Shown: positions 51,501 to 64,000 of the stretch, in pieces | Position numbering within the stretch: position 1 is the first letter of the stretch | Layout: each line of letters begins with the position of its first letter | Assembly: GCF_018350175.1 (NCBI RefSeq) | Contig: NC_058382.1 | Span: forward strand, 59,770,001-59,834,000 | Direction: 5' to 3' | Origin: Felis catus | Taxonomy: Eukaryota | Length of the DNA: 64,000 nucleotides | The notes under the pieces: generated by a model | What the model was told of the DNA's origin: nothing | Databases searched by the model: none | Seen by the model: the letters and a program-made list of their open reading frames with translations, nothing else | Made by a program: the position numbers and the translations under genes

Positions 51501-53529
51501 CAGGGTCCGTGATGGATGGATGCCACCCTGTCGCCAACGGGACACCCCTGAGCGCCCCCTGGGAACTGTTTCCAGCATGTGTGTTCTGACCGCCCACAGC
51601 ATAGACGCCTCCCGCCCTCATATGCTCGGGCGCTCCCCCGGAGCGTCCTGAACGGGATGGCAGGTCCGTCTCTTCCGTGCCTGCCTCCCTCCTTCCACCC
51701 TCCCGGTGCCCGCGGCAGGCATAGCCAGTCCATCCCGGTGCTCCTGGCAGCGCCCTGGCCCGGGGCACGGGACCTGCCAGCTGTGATCTCACCAGAGGGG
51801 CTGGGCCTCCCAGGGACCAGCCTGTGGTGAAAACGCAAACCCGTCCCCGCTAGTCAGGAAGACGGTGTGCAGGACGCCTGGCCCGAAGGCCGCCACACGT
51901 GAGCGTCCCGCAGCTGCCCTGTGTCGTGCAGCGATCCCGCCCCCCCCCCCCAGGAGGAAAGAGCGGTAGAAACGGAGCTGGGGGTGGGCCGGTCCGCCTC
52001 CTGCCCTGTGGTGGCCCCGGGACACCTCCCAGGGGCTGGGGCTGGTGGAGGGTGCTGGAGAAGGCGGCAGGGCGAGCGCTGTGAGCCCCCAGCTGTGACC
52101 ACTAGGCGAGGGCGGGGAGGGGGCACCCCTCGCCTGGGGAGGGAGAGCCCGCACCTGGGTGGTGGTCGTGAGCCGGTGTCCCTGGCCGCCGCCTCTGGCA
52201 GTGGAGGAGAGCCGTCAAAGGGGGCACCAAGTCTTTGAAGTTTTATCTTGTTCTGTTGGAACACAGCGTCGGGGCCAGGTGTGGTCTTGTCCCTGGATCC
52301 CTGGATCCCTGGTGCCTGGAACCGTGTGTGTGGCTCGGTCACGTGGCATCTGTGTAACAGCCGTGCTTTGGATGGATGTGTGGCTGCTTGGGGCCCACCT
52401 GCTCTCATCGTCGGGGACAGCTTCCTCTGGCGCTGGGAGGCGGCAGCTTCCCGGGGGGTGTGGGGCAGCTGTGCCGTTTGAGGGGGACTCTCGCTCCCGC
52501 GGGAGCAGCCCCAGCCGGGCCTGGGCGTATGGGCAGGACACGGGGCCGTGCTGGGACGCCCTGGGGGTGAGGTGGCTGGGTGGCTGAGGACGCCTGTTCC
52601 CGGGCACTGAGCTGGCTGGGTCATTGGGGCGGACCGGTGCGCGTGCTGGCCGTCAGCTGGGGTCCGAGTGGTGTGACGCTTGGCTGAGTGAGAATCGTGG
52701 GTGGGGGGAGATGGGAGGGACCCTGACCGGGCACTTAGGTGGCCGAGGCCATTCTTGACACGCGAACGGCTGTCCCCCTCCCACACTCAGGTAGACGGGG
52801 TTCCCTGCTCACCACTGTCCAGATCCTTCTGTCGGGCAGACCGGCTGCTCCGGACGGGAGCTGGGGAGGTGAGCCACGTGGACGGCATAGCCGAGAGCCG
52901 CCCAGATGCTGAGGGTGGGGTGCCCAGGTCTCCGAGCCGGGCAGCGTCACGGTCAGGACCAGATGCACCGCCAGGGTATTGCCCCTTCGGGCCTGGGCCG
53001 CATTCTGGGACCCCCCCACTTGTGGATATGGGGGGGCTGGCTGGCTTCTGCAAAATGCTCTCTAAATAGACCGTGGTCGCTAGGACAGGGAGGACTTGGT
53101 GTACAAAACCTCAGGGTGGCCTGTTCTGGGAGGGGCTCCCAACTCCCCAGCCCCTGCTTGAGCGCCCGCTGTGTGCCCAGCGAGCTGGTGTGTCTGCACC
53201 GGGGCCTCGGTGCCCTTCGCCGTGCGCCCTGGCTTCCCAGCCTCTGTGAGATCTGGACCTGCTCTAGGCCGTTCCTGAGGGGTCGGTACAGCATGCGGGC
53301 AGGGAGGCGGAGTCCTCCGCCAGGAGATTACCTGAGGCATGTTTCCTTCTTGAAGGAGACAAAACTTTCCAGGATCTGAAGTTGGGGGCCGGGGCGGGGG
53401 GGGTTCTTTTTTTAACGTTATTTTTTATGAAGGTGATACCTCCACAAAAAAAATATTCAAACCATAAAACGGATTGGCATAATGTAACTGTCATGCCCAG
53501 ACCGGTTCATCTCCTTAGAGGGAATTAGA

Positions 53530-53952
53530 GCGACCCCCCACCCCAACCGACCAGCCACAGGGGGTCCGTTCCCAAGACCCGCAGTGGATGCCTGAGACCG
53601 TGGATAGGAGCCAACCCAACCCAACCCTGTCCACGCCGCGTGTCTTCCTGGACGTCACACCTACGAGGAAGTTGAGTTTACGAGTCAGGCTAAGGCAGAG
53701 ACGAACGATAAAACAGAACATCCGCAGCAACGCTGTAAAAGTTACGTGAACGTGGTCTCTCTCAGAACCTCTTGTCCCCTTCTCGTGACGCGGATGCTGA
53801 AATGCCCCCAGAGGAGGCCAAGTGCTCCGAACGACAGGGGTATGTGACAAAGCCTTAGGCCACCACGGACCCCTGACCACACGTCAGAAGGGGATCCTCT
53901 GCTTCCAGACCTCGGTCGACGGGCTCACTGAAACCGTGGACGAGGGGACCGT
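53530..53952. mobile_element. Tigger3/MER7-like TcMar DNA transposon fossil
   Basis: cgttcccaagacccgcagtggatgcctgagaccgtggatag start, aaagttacgtgaacgtggtctctctc middle, actgaaaccgtggacgagggg end. Confidence 0.7.
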
Positions 53953-56230
53953 GCACATTTTTGTCAGGCTTCTCTCCGCCCGTATGCGGATGCGGTATCA
54001 CCCCCTCGTGGTTTCTGTTACAGGCATGGGACTGCGCTGTCCGCGGCGTTCTCTGGTTTGTCTTTTCTACTCCTGTCAAGGACGTCTTTCCGTTTCAGGG
54101 TGTCCAGACCTGTGTGTTTCGCTAACGGCTACACGATATTGGGGAACACGGATGCACTGTGCCGGTCCACCCCGGACTCTGAATGAGCGTTGGGGGTGCG
54201 TCTGATCGCTCAGTCTTGTGGACGCGGCTGCAGGAGCCGTGGTCGCCCGCCCGCCCACCCGCTGGGCTGCCGGCTTGCACATTCCTGCAGTGTAGCCCCC
54301 AGAGCAGCCGCTGCCGCCTGGGAGCCGCGTGCGTTTCAAGTTGGTGGTGGTGCTGCCAGGTGGCCTGGCGGGAAGGCTGCCCTGATTTACCCTGGGGGGG
54401 CCCGCAGGGCAGTCCTGGCTGAGCGCCGTCATCCAGCAGTTTCCCTCTGCCGCAGGCTGACCGTGCCCCAGAGACCCCGTCCTCCCAGTTCCCTGGGCCC
54501 GGTGGGTAAGTGACCTTCCATGGCAGGTGTGGTGAAGGATTTTTGAGAGGAGGGGGTCATGCAAGATGAGGTCCCCACAGGAGGAGTGCACGGGGTCACA
54601 GAGCTACCCCCCCCATGTCCCCCCAGCCTCTGGAAGGAACCAGCCCCGCCCACGCTGTGACTTGCACCCACTGAGACTCTGGTTTCTACCCTCTAGAGTC
54701 CGACCGTAAGTGCACGTTAAAGCCACCGTGTGTGTGGAGACCTCTGCCTGAGGGCGGGGTGCGTCACCTGCGGTCCGTCTCCAGAATGGTCACGCCTGTC
54801 CCCTTCCCACCCCACCGGGTGGCCAGCTCTCCCGGTCCCTGCGGAGCTGGGCTCTCTCTGCAGGGTACACGAGCTTCCTGCTGCGGGGGGAGGGCCGGCC
54901 ACCTGCTAGGAGAGGCCTTCGGGTGGGCGAGAGCCATCTGTTCTGGCCCTGGCCTCCCGACGTGGAAACCAGAGAGACTGGGGAATGGGGTGCCGGATCC
55001 CGGGAAGGGGCCGGGTCAGGGCCGGCCGCGTGCACCTGCAAACCTTGGGTTCCATCCCAGAGGTGCGGGGGCTCGAGCTCGGGCCTGTGTCCAGTGCCTT
55101 CTGTCTGTGTGCCTGGCAGGTGCTGGGGACCTGGGGAGCCGGCCCCTGCCCGCACCTCCACCCTGCACCTCGCCCTGTGGTGCCCCACCCTCGCACGTGG
55201 GGTCGGGACATGGGCTGTCGGACGTGATTGGGCTCGTTGCCCGCTTTGCTCCACTTGTGCCACTTGACCGAACGTACGGAGCCTGGGACTCTGCCACTGG
55301 CAGCTTGGGTGACGCGGGAGACAGGAAGCCAGCCCCATGCTGGCCGAGTCCAGGCGAGCCCGGGGCCGGGTGTCCTGGGGGCCGTTTAACCTGCCTTCCC
55401 CCGAGTTCACCTCCTCTCGAGAGAGCCCGGTGCCTTTTACGAGGCCCTGGGAAAGGGACGTCAGGTCGGTCTTGGTGATCTGTCCCCAGACTTGGTGAGT
55501 CCGGGTATTCCCCCTAAACTTGCCCCCCCCCGGTCGTCCTATTGCAGCGGGAGCCCGGTTCTTCGGGAGAAAGGGCGCGTGGCCCTGCTGTCTGCAGCCT
55601 CAGGCCAGGCTCCCGGGGCCTGTGTTTCAGCTCTGTAAAACGGGTTGTAACGAGCAGGTGCCTGCCGGGTCCCAAAAAAAACCAGGGACACCTGCTCTCC
55701 TTCCCCCGACATGCCAGAGGAGGCAGGGAGAGGGACAGAGAACTCCCCTGCCCTTGACCCTCGGCAGGCCCCGAGCCTCGGTTTCCCCACCTGAGTGGCG
55801 CACACACCCAGCGCTTGGACAGCCGTGTCTACACTAGTCAGACCTGGAGAGTTTTGTTTTATTGAAGCTTATTTCAGTCCAGCCTGGAACCCAGTAGGCA
55901 CTTGGGGCAACTGCACATTTGTTCCTGATTCCAAGCCCCGCCCCCCCTGCCTGCAACTGACCATGCCCTTTGCCGTGTGACTCTGGGGTCCCTACTGTTG
56001 GAGGCTCTGCTTTGCACGTGCTTTGCTCAGCAGCATGGGGTGGGAGGGGTATCTAGCGCCCCCACCCCACCCCTCTTGTGCCCCTGCCAGCACATGACTG
56101 TGTGACCTGGGGATGAGCAATGCCAGGAAGACCCAGATGCACGGGTGAGAACGATCAAGTCCCCTCCTTTTGGGAAAGGATTGTTACGCAGCACTGTAGC
56201 TGACTGATACGGCATCCGTGAGTGGTTCTT

Positions 56231-56426
56231 TTTTTTTTTTTTAATCTTTACTTTTTGAGAGAGCATGAGCAGGGGAGGGACAGAAAGGGGGACACAGAAT
56301 CTGAAGCAGGCTCCAGGCTCTGAGCCCTCAGCACAGAGCCCGACACAGGCCTTGACCTCATGAACTGCGAGATCATGACCAGAGCCAAAGTCGGATGCTT
56401 AACCAACTGAGCCACCCAGACGCTCC
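56231..56426 (-). mobile_element. Feliform Can-SINE
   Basis: Reverse SINE; TSD GAGTGGTTCTT (56220-30 / 56429-39). Confidence 0.93.
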
Positions 56427-56524
56427 GAGAGTGGTTCTTGAAGGAAGAAAGGAGTGTTTCTGCTGAGCTCCAGCCACGTTGGACTGTTGGTTCTTTTTCG
56501 GGAACATTCCCGACCCTTCCTTGT

Positions 56525-56935
56525 GTGAGTGCCCTGGGGCTACCATGACCACGTGCCCCTCACTGGGAGGCTTGAACCAACAGGAGTCTGTCTATTCTCT
56601 TCCGGCTCTGGGGACAGAAGTCTGAAATCAAGGTGTGGGGTGGGGACATGCCCCCCTCCAGAGGCTCCAGGGAGGATCCTTCCTGCCTCTTCCAGCTGCT
56701 GGGGGCTCCACGTGTTTCTTGGCTGTGGCCGCATCCCTCCAACCTCTGCTTGTGTCCTCACTTGCCCTCTCCCTGTGTCAATGTTCCCTCTTACAAGGAC
56801 AGGTCATCAGGTTTAGGGGCACCCTAACTCAATCTGACCTCCCCCTAATCAGGTCTGCAAAGACCCTGTCCCGAGTGAGGTCATGCTGAAACTCTAGGGG
56901 GATGTGAATCTGGGGGTCCCCATCCAACCCACTGT
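56525..56935 (-). mobile_element. MaLR LTR (MLT1B/C-like)
   Basis: cagaagtctgaaatcaaggtgt...tcttacaaggacaggtcatcaggtttaggggc...tctgcaaagaccctgt. Confidence 0.75.
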
Positions 56936-58536
56936 ACTCTGTGTGGCTACACCACAGCTAGGCTCTTCCCCGGCTCATGGACGCTGTTCCTTTTGCTCGG
57001 GGCGTCGGTAAATCACAGCTGCTGTCCGTGGAATCCACCTGCCTCCAGAGAGCTGGGGTCAGAACTGCCCCCTTGCCCCCCTCAAAAACTTTCCTTTCTT
57101 CCCTGGGTCTGTGTTCTCGTGGGCCCTGCTTCAGCTTTCCTGGAGTTTTCCATGAAAAACCACCTACCCGAGGCGTGTCGTGTGATGGGAGTTCACCAAA
57201 GGCTTGGCGAGACAGAAGGGGGTTGATCTCAGTTACAGACAGAACCTGCCGTGGCTCACAGATGCCACTGTGCTCCAAACCCTTCCCGCCCCCCCCCCCC
57301 CCCGCTCCTTCTACTTGAACTTCAGCCTTTGTGCTCAGCGCCCCCACTGCCAACTCCCCCCGGGCTGTGACCTGGGCCTCCCCTGCCCCTCCCAGGTCCC
57401 ACCAATGGGCTCTGCCAGGCACTGGGGCACCCAGCACGGCTGGTATCCAGGGAGGGCCCACCACTTGAACGTGCAAGCCCCCACCAGCTCGGGGGGAGGG
57501 GCGGTGGTGGATAGAAGGAACAGGATGGGAAATGGGAATTTCCCATGAGCACGTCGCTGCATGAGCATGTCACCGACATTAGCCTCTGCTGTGGAAGGGT
57601 CTGCGTGACCAGAGCTCTGAAACGTTTGCTTTGGGAGACTTTGAAGAGTGATTCTGGCCACGGTGGTTCCTGCAGACGTATGTCTGTAAGGCAGGACTTG
57701 GTGTCGGAACCAGGACTCCACTGCAAACGACAGAATCCCAACTCAAACTGGTTCAGGAGGAAAAGGGGCTGTGCGGCTCTTGTTCCGTGGCTTGCTGTCA
57801 GGCACGGCTGGATCCAGGGGTTCAGATGATGTCAGGGCTCTGTCTGTCCCTCTCTGTGTCCATCCCCTTGTCTAGCAGGTCCCCTGCAGGAGGTGGGAAA
57901 GACCGGCAGGTCCCTGTTCCCCTGACCTTGCAGCTCTCAATCCAGAGGGAAGGAGCACCCGTGTCAGAATGATCTGGAAAGGCTGTGAGTGACCATGCTG
58001 GGTCACAGGTGCACCTCCAGCGTGGGGGGGGGGGGTGGTCGAGGATGGACACCCCACGGGACACGGAGCGGCAGAGAACTCGTCCCTTATGGGGGCGCTG
58101 TGCTAACGAGCCCAGCCCAGACTTCGGAAGGGAGCGGTGCCGGGATCCGTTTCCTCGTGTGTGTGATGAAAGTCGGGAGTGCCTCGGTCCGTGTCTTCCT
58201 GTCGAGATGCGTTGGCATCGCGTCCTCAAGGCTCGTTCACGTTGTGGTGGGTGTCAGAGCTTCGTTACCCTCTGTGGCCGAGGGACATTCCGGTGTGTAG
58301 ATCGCCACGTGTGCTTAGCCACTCGTCCACGGCTGGTTTCCACCTTTGTGACGGATCCTGCTGCTGTGAACGTTCACGGCCAGGTGTTTGTGGGAACGGG
58401 CACACCTAGGAGCGGAATTGCTAGGCCACGTGGTGGTCCTACGTTTAACTTTCTGGGGACTGGCCACACAGCCACGGCCCCGTTCCACGTCCTGACCGGC
58501 AGTGCAAGTGGGTTTCGGTTTCTTCCCGTCCCTGCC

Positions 58537-58728
58537 GGGAAGAGAGGGAGGAAGAGAGGATCCCAACCAGCTGAACCACCGAGGTACCCAAGCGTCGGAC
58601 TCTTGATTTTGGCTCAGGTCATGACCCCGGGTCGTGTGATCAGGCCCCAGGTTGGGCTCTGGGCTGAGCAGGGAGCCTGCTTGGGATCCTCTGAATCTCT
58701 CTCTGCCCCTCCCCTGCTCACACTCTCC
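58537..58728 (+). mobile_element. 5'-truncated composite Can-SINE within an old L1 fragment (~58170-58920, - strand)
   Basis: Inverted segment gagaggatccc-aaccagctgaaccaccgaggtaccc followed by the sense body aagcgtcggactcttgattttggctcaggtcatga. Confidence 0.8.
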
Positions 58729-59914
58729 TGTTATTGTCTGTCTGAATGCCCCCCCAGCCCGCCTCGTGGTCCGTGGGATTTGGATTCATGTTTCCCCGAT
58801 GGCAAGAGAACGATGTACTTGGCCATTTGTGCATCTTCCCTGGAGAACCGCCTGCGATCTGGGGCTTTAACGTTTGCTCGCTCCTCCCCGTCAGCCACGT
58901 TTGTTTGTTGGAGTCGTTCCCCGCCTCCCCCCCCCCCCCCCCCACCGAGCTGAGCTGGAGGACTGGCGAGTGCTGCCCGCGTTCCTCGTTGTCCAACCCC
59001 CCACGGTGTTCCTTGGGGAGCCTGGGGACAGTGTCTCTGCTGGTGTCGCCTGGGGGACTCGGTCCCTCCCTCCCCCCCCCCCCGCCCTGTTGAGCTCATC
59101 CACTAGTGGTGTTATCACTTGGCCTCCCCAGCGTGGGTCCCTCGGGGCAGGAGACTGAAACTGCTCGGGACCCGGACCCCTTCCTGCACTCCGGTGCCAC
59201 CCAAGCACCCCGGACGTCGTGAGCATGCCAGGGAGGCGAGAGGACCTCTGTTCCCATCTCCCCTTAGTGTCTCTGGCTCCCACACTCTCCTCCTTTGAGC
59301 CCCTAGCCCTGGGCCCCCAATGGGTGTAGATGTTAGAGCCCCAGCTCTGCCCCCCAGGCCTCCTGTGGCGGGAGGACACCTCCCCCTTGTGGCCGGCGAG
59401 AGGCCGTGCCTACGGACGGGGCTCCCAGAGCCTCGGATGGGAGGTCCACATGCTGTGACCCCTTTACCCCATTGCTGGGGTGCTCGGCCCCTCATCTTCT
59501 CTGCTGTGGGGGAGGCCTCACCCTCAGGTCCCAGGGCACATGGGACCTGCCCTTGGCCTGGGCAGAGTCCTCCCTTCCTCTCAGCTTTGAAAGCTGCCTT
59601 GAATAGGAATTTTCTTAGGGTGACAAGGAAAGTTAAAAGGAAGCCATTTCCCTCCCTGCCCTGTTGGCACTGGGTCCAGCGTGGCCGTGCAAGGCTGGCT
59701 TGCAGCCCACGGACCCGACCCCTTCTTCCCAGGAGCACGGCGGTCCCTGTGGCTGGGGTGGCACAAGCCACACGTTCCCGGAGCAGGAGCTGGAATGAAA
59801 CGACCCACCCCCAGATGCCCATGGCAACCCGGAGAGCCAGTGTTGAGGATCAAAGGCCCTGAGGTCCTTGTCCCCACCTGGAAGGGAGCCACCGCCAATT
59901 AGGAACCCTTCTTC

Positions 59915-60340
59915 ATTTAAAAACTTCGCGGTAAAACACACGTGACATGCGCTTTTCCACCAGAACGACTTTCAGGTGGACGGTTCAGGGGCTGTGAGTA
60001 CGTTCGGAGCGTTGCGTAACCCGCACCACCGTCTCCGGCCCGGCTCCTCTGCCCGGACTGCAGCTCTGTGTCCGTGAAACCGTGGCCCCCGGCCCCCCGT
60101 CTGCTTTTCTCCTCCAGGGGCCTCGTGTAAGTGGAGTCCTACGGGTGTGTCCCCTTGTGACGGCTGGTTTCACCGGGCACGGTGTCCTACACGTCTGTCG
60201 GTGTTACGGGGGGTGGGGGGCACTTCCCTTTCATGGCTGAGCGGCCCCCCGTTGTGCTCGTGGACCCCGTTTTGTCCACCTGCCAGCGGGCACTCCGTTT
60301 GCTTCTACCTTCTGGCCGCTGTTGTGAACGTGGGCGTGTC
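59915..60340 (-). mobile_element. Old L1 3' end
   Basis: aggtggacggttcaggggctgtgagtacgttc...tgtccccttgtgacggctggtttcac...gctgttgtgaacgtggg. Confidence 0.65.
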
Positions 60341-60551
60341 TTTTGTGCGTCCTTCGTATCGTGGAAGATCTCAATTATGTGCAAAAGTGGAGGGAAGATT
60401 CTGTGACACCGTGGACCGCTCACCTGGCTTGAGCCACTGGGAGCTCCTGACTCCTCTTGTCCGCTTGAACCCTGACCCCCCCCTTCCCCAGGGTTACTTT
60501 TGGAGCAAATTCCAGGCCTCCTAAAACCTTGTCTGTAAAGATAAAGTAATC

Positions 60552-60829
60552 GGGAGTGCCTGGGTGGCTCAGTCGGTTAGGCATCCGACTCTTTTTTTGG
60601 TTACTTATTTTGAGAGAGAGAGTGCGAGCAAGGGAGGGGCAGAGAGAATCCCAACCGGTTGAACTACCCAGGCACCCATGCGTCCAGCTCTTGACTTTGG
60701 CTCAGGTCATGATTCCCAGGGTCATGTGATCAAGCCCCAAGTTGGGCTCTGTGCTCACAGCGTGGAACCTGCTTGGGATTCTCTCTCTGCCCCTCCCCTG
60801 CTCACGCTCGCTCTCAATAAACATTTAAG
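60552..60829 (+). mobile_element. Composite Can-SINE with an internal inverted mini-SINE (possibly SINEC_Fc3-like)
   Basis: Sense head 60552-60593, inverted internally deleted SINE 60594-60677, then the sense body resumes. Flanking AAGATAAAGTAAT / AAGATAAAAATAAT. Confidence 0.88.
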
Positions 60830-63800
60830 AAGATAAAAATAATTAGAAATCTAAGCTTAATATCCTCCCATCTGAAAAAATAGCACCAATATCTAATAGC
60901 CTTAAAAATCCAGCCAAGCCCTCATACTACCTCGCTTTTTCATTAGTTATTTTAATCCTGATTTAAGCACAGACACCGCTCCAGCTGTGGTCACCGGTTG
61001 ATCTGCCTCCCGGGTCTCGTGTCCGCGACAGGCTCCCTCCTGGCAGCGTGTTTATTTGGGCAAACCAAGTTCTGGAGAATTTTCGAAAGTTGGGGTTTTG
61101 CTGAGTGCATCCAGGGTGGGCTTGACCTGTTCCTCTGTCCCATGGATTTGCTGGAATGGGTAGACCAGGAGGCTTCACCGGATACCGATGCTGTTTGCTT
61201 GTTTCCGCGAGAATGCTCCCCAGGTGGACTTGCTCCGAGGACAGCGGCCACAGAAGGGCCGTCGTGTCTCGGTGAGGTCGGGGGTCGGTTGTGGCCGCCG
61301 TCTGCCCCGTTTCAGGAGCACCTGGTTAAGCTGAAGTTCATCCTGGTGCCAGCCCAGCCCTCGGGGAGGCTGCTGGGGGCTCTCGAGGCCGCTGGCCGGT
61401 CCCCCAGGGCACCGGAGGGAGGAGGCCCCTCTGTGCACCGGCTCATCTCCAGGCGGGCCGCGACCGCCGGTCCCTCTGGAGCCCTGCGTCGTTTGGATGG
61501 AGCCGGGCCCAGCCAGCCCCACACGGCGTCAGAGTCTGCGTGCTGTGACCCGGGCAGGCAGAGGAGGGGGCCGTGCTGGCGGGTGGGACCCTGTGCCCGG
61601 GGCTCTGGAGCAAGTCCCCCGGCCAGCACTGCTTTTTTTCAGTCTATCTCAGACCAGTCCGTGGGCCTCCAGCCTGTTCTGATGCTATGGTGTCCTGGCT
61701 CCCAGGTTTGACACGGTGACCTACGGGGCCAGGCCCCACGGCAAGGTCTGTGGGGCCCGCTCCTCTCCCAGGGGCCAAGCGCCTGCTGCTGACACTCTGG
61801 GAAGAGGAGGGTTTCGGGGACCAGAGAGCTCAGGCAGTCGGGGTCCAGCCCCACCGGGCATTTTCAGGTTGTCAGCCTGGCCTCCAAATGCCCACAGAGG
61901 CCCAGAATGACCAGGAGATTAGCTGGAAACCACGGTGGTGGCCTGTCTCGGGGGTCTGGGACCTGAGTGGGGGATGGGCCCAGCTGCGTGGAAGGTCTGT
62001 GCTGGTGCGGAGGGGGGATGACAGCCACCTCTGCTAGGGGAGCTCACTTGCACGTCGTCAGTGCCTCCCGTCTGGTCATCTCTGCAGTCCGCAGATGGGC
62101 ACATCAGTTGTAAGAGGAGGAGTCTGCTCTCCGGAAAAAGGTCCAGATTCTTCACCCAAACGCAGGCCCCCTTGAATTTCGGCCTCGGATCCTACCACCC
62201 CCTGGCGGACGTCCTGCACTGGTGCCCCACCACCCTCTGGGCAGCCTTTCCCTCCGCACATTCTGTTCCTTCCTGGAATGCCCTTCCTTCAGCCCAGTGA
62301 GCTCCTCTACAACCCTCGAGACGCAGTTCAGATGCACCTCTCTGAACTCAACCCCGACCCTGAGGAGGGAGTCGGCCGCTCCCTTTCTGTGAGCCCTCTG
62401 TGTTGGCATGTGTCTTGAGGCGCGAGAGTTTTTAACTCGTTGGGACTGTGAGCCCCCTGAAGTCAGGACTTTGCTTCTCCGCGCAGCAGGGACAGGAAGG
62501 AAGCAGTTCTTATGCCGTTGACCGCATGTGAAGAGCAAGCATGGCGGGCCGCAGGGCCAGAGCCTCAGTTTCCTCCTCTGTATGTCAGGCACCACTCCTG
62601 GGGCAGCAGGACGGGACAGGAGGATGTTCGTGGAATGCTCAGCACGTCCCTGCCACCGGGAAGCCCTCGGGGATCGCACCAGTCAGCATCACGGTTTTCA
62701 CCGCGGGATCCTGCAGGCTGGTGTGAACCTGAATCAAACCCAACAGTTCTCCAGCCAGCCAGGCTCTGGGTCCCATCTCTGCACACAGATGCTGTTCCCG
62801 TGGGTTCTGACCGCTGCTCCGCCCAGCCCCAGGGTGACCACGCATGATCGCTGCTCACCTGGCAAAGACTCGCGGTAGGCTCCCGCCGAGTCTGGAAAGC
62901 CTCGTCCCCGCAGACAAGTGGCTCTTTGTTGCAAGCACCTGGAGGGCGTGTCTCATGGGTTGCTGGCGGTCACCTCGGCCGGGGCGGTGTCAGCCGTGAG
63001 CCTCAGGGCTCCGAGGGGTGGTGCTCTGGGCTAGATGGGACTCGGTCACTTGTGGTGGCCCTGCTCTGCCTTCTCCTGGAAGATTTTGTCCCACATGTGG
63101 CGGGGGGGGAGGGGGGGGACCTCGGTCGGCAGCTCTCCTGTCACAGGGAGGCCACCAGACTGGCTCCTGCTCGGGCCCTCGCAGAGGAACTTTGCCGCTG
63201 AGGCTCCGTCTCCCTGCGGGCCGGGCACCCTCCACTTCTGTTTGATTTTTCATTTCCTCTTTTGCCTGTGTCAGAACCTTCTGGGTGGCGGGGAAAGTAT
63301 TTAACGGCCTAGCACTGGCCAGGGTCCTGGGTCCACACTCCACTGGGCTCGCCTCCCAGGAGGCGAGATTAAGTGCAGGCACCGCCTTCCCTGAGCGCCT
63401 GGGGGCTGTGCTGGCCCCGTCTCCGCAAGGCAGTGTGGCCCCCTTGGTCTTGCCCACCCGCCCCTACGTCGCTCGTCCCTCGGCCGCTGAGGCTGCCTGT
63501 GCGTGAGGCTGTGTCTCGGGGCCTGGTGCGACCCTGGCACTGGGCAGGTGCTCAGCTAATACTTAGCACATGATGAGCAAGGGCCGGACAGAGAGCGTGA
63601 CTTCCCGAGGTCACAGACCCTCCTGATGGGCCGGGCTGGGATTTGAACCCCACGCACAGAGCACCCGGGGGGAGAATTCTGTGTTCTCTGCCTTCAGGAA
63701 GAGCCCAAGGTGTTTGGACAGGGATCCTGTCTCTGTCTCCACCTGGGGAATTCTGACAGGGCCGAGGGGGCCGTTCTTCCCAAACCTCATCCTACCTCAC

Positions 63801-64000
63801 GCCTCCTGCTTGGGGGTCTGGACCTGAACCCCAAACCGCCGTCGGCAAGCGGGTCTGGAGCTTCGTGTCTGCTCCCTGCTGTGGCCCCGGGTTCCTGCCC
63901 TTCTGGCTGAGCACCTGTTTGTTACCTGGTCAGCAGGCGGCTTGGCCGGGAGACAACAGGATCTCTGTCGCCGTGACCTGTGTCAACACTGCGGCGCCTA

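Larger units (their letters stand above)
47089..64000 (+). other. JPH3: JPH3 intron 2 (partial, runs off the window)
   Basis: Starts at GT 47089. No junctophilin-like continuation is recognisable in the sequence or ORF track before the window end. Confidence 0.85.

Noticed and set aside
51548..51567. CTCF-like motif (reverse strand CCCAGGGGGCGC)
   Set aside because: Partial match in very GC-rich DNA where such hits are common; unsupported without binding data.

Overview
Mammalian genomic DNA, almost certainly a felid (feliform-type Can-SINEs), GC-rich, holding the 5' half of junctophilin-3 (JPH3) on the + strand. It contains the CpG-island promoter (~12.2-14.1 kb), coding exon 1 (13665-14046), a 32,264-nt intron 1, coding exon 2 (46311-47088) and ~17 kb of intron 2. 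I see no exon 3, and I cannot support any other protein-coding or RNA gene; nearly all other ORF-track entries are GC-content or repeat artefacts. Non-genic content: a >4.6-kb degenerate (CAC/CAT)n array running off the left edge, three minisatellites (29-bp; ~30-bp carrying E-boxes; a hierarchical 10/33-47/162-bp array beside exon 2), ~15 Can-SINEs and many old L1, MIR, L2, MaLR and DNA-transposon fossils. Most notable: (1) the apparent orthologue of the human HDL2 CTG/CAG repeat site at ~14.8 kb, with flanks but no repeat; (2) a candidate upstream exon with a strong-Kozak ATG whose phase would read exon 2 in an alternative open frame; (3) a near-consensus REST/RE1 site and a dense CRE/E-box/FOX cluster in intron 1; (4) two young SINEs inserted head-to-head at one endonuclease site; (5) a self-nested composite SINE present twice. 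I found nothing I can call a demonstrated new biological system; these are testable hypotheses. Repeat-family names and human comparisons come from recalled sequences, not searches.
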